From a virus (taxonomy: Duplodnaviria > Caudoviricetes), in the IMG/VR virus record IMGVR_UViG_3300024331_000152, positions 32,001 to 96,000 of that record: a DNA stretch of 64,000 bases, one strand, 5' to 3'. The notes beneath the pieces were generated by a model. It was given only the letters and a program-made list of their open reading frames with translations. It did no database searches and was not told the origin of the DNA. Positions 63,617-64,000 of this stretch are shown here, piece by piece. The position numbers and the translations under genes are program-made. Every line of letters starts with the position of its first letter. The stretch's first letter is position 1.

Positions 63617-64000
63617 CTTCGTGCCCCACAATCTCTTTGCACTGCCAGCAGATCACTGCGCAGTACGGTTTACGGAACAGCTTGCGCCACCAGCTATGCA
63701 CTATGCCGCGCAGGAAAGGTTCGAACGGTTCATGACCACAGTTCGGACAGCGGTCGAACGGGGCCGGTTTGTCTTTGAGACGAGCGAATTCAATGGGCAT
63801 CAGTCTGCTCCAAGAAGCGATTAAGCTTCTCCATCTTGCGGTCGATCTCCAGAATCTCAGCAGTCTTGAATGATGGGCTATGGAGTTTTCCAATCTCCAC
63901 CATCAGCTCAGCCTCTAATGTGTTGAGGTAGCCGCGTACGCGGGAGCGAAGAGCGGTCAAGTCTGACTGACCTTTGGCGAGGTGCATTGCACAGGACGGC

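Overview
A 64 kb segment of a large dsDNA bacteriophage (early/middle region; no capsid, tail or convincing terminase genes). The host cannot be determined; an Acidobacteria-type host is only weakly suggested by a histone-like KRKLSAAARKRISDAQKKRW protein. Contents: (i) modification and accessory genes (glycosyltransferases, B12-radical SAM, DUF5131, RusA, AAA ATPase); (ii) a translation-rescue island at about 8.9-24.6 kb with about 38 tRNA genes, tRNA-like remnants, a permuted two-piece tmRNA, two UGA-reading tRNAs and a PTH2-like peptidyl-tRNA hydrolase interrupted by UGA at codon 3; (iii) recombination and replication genes (PD-(D/E)XK exonuclease, Bet/RecT, initiator with iterons, intein-containing DnaB, SSB); (iv) an ABC/OmpA membrane operon, a J-kinase/vWA/PurA-like cluster, a serine recombinase and about 11 free-standing HNH/GIY-YIG-type nucleases. 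Two systems stand out. (1) Two stand-alone RAMP/Cas7-like genes (39753-40421, 56156-56797) occur with six + strand arrays of GGY-NN pentamers. Reading only the variable NN dinucleotides as NN-x-NN-x reproduces the sequence of the neighbouring gene at three to four loci, which points to a non-contiguous RNA guide code, probably aimed at homologous alleles in competing phages. (2) Three tRNA operons each sit behind a leader-peptide transcription attenuator whose codons match, almost isoacceptor by isoacceptor, the tRNAs of that operon, suggesting the phage senses depletion of specific tRNAs and replenishes them. All calls are by eye, without database searches.
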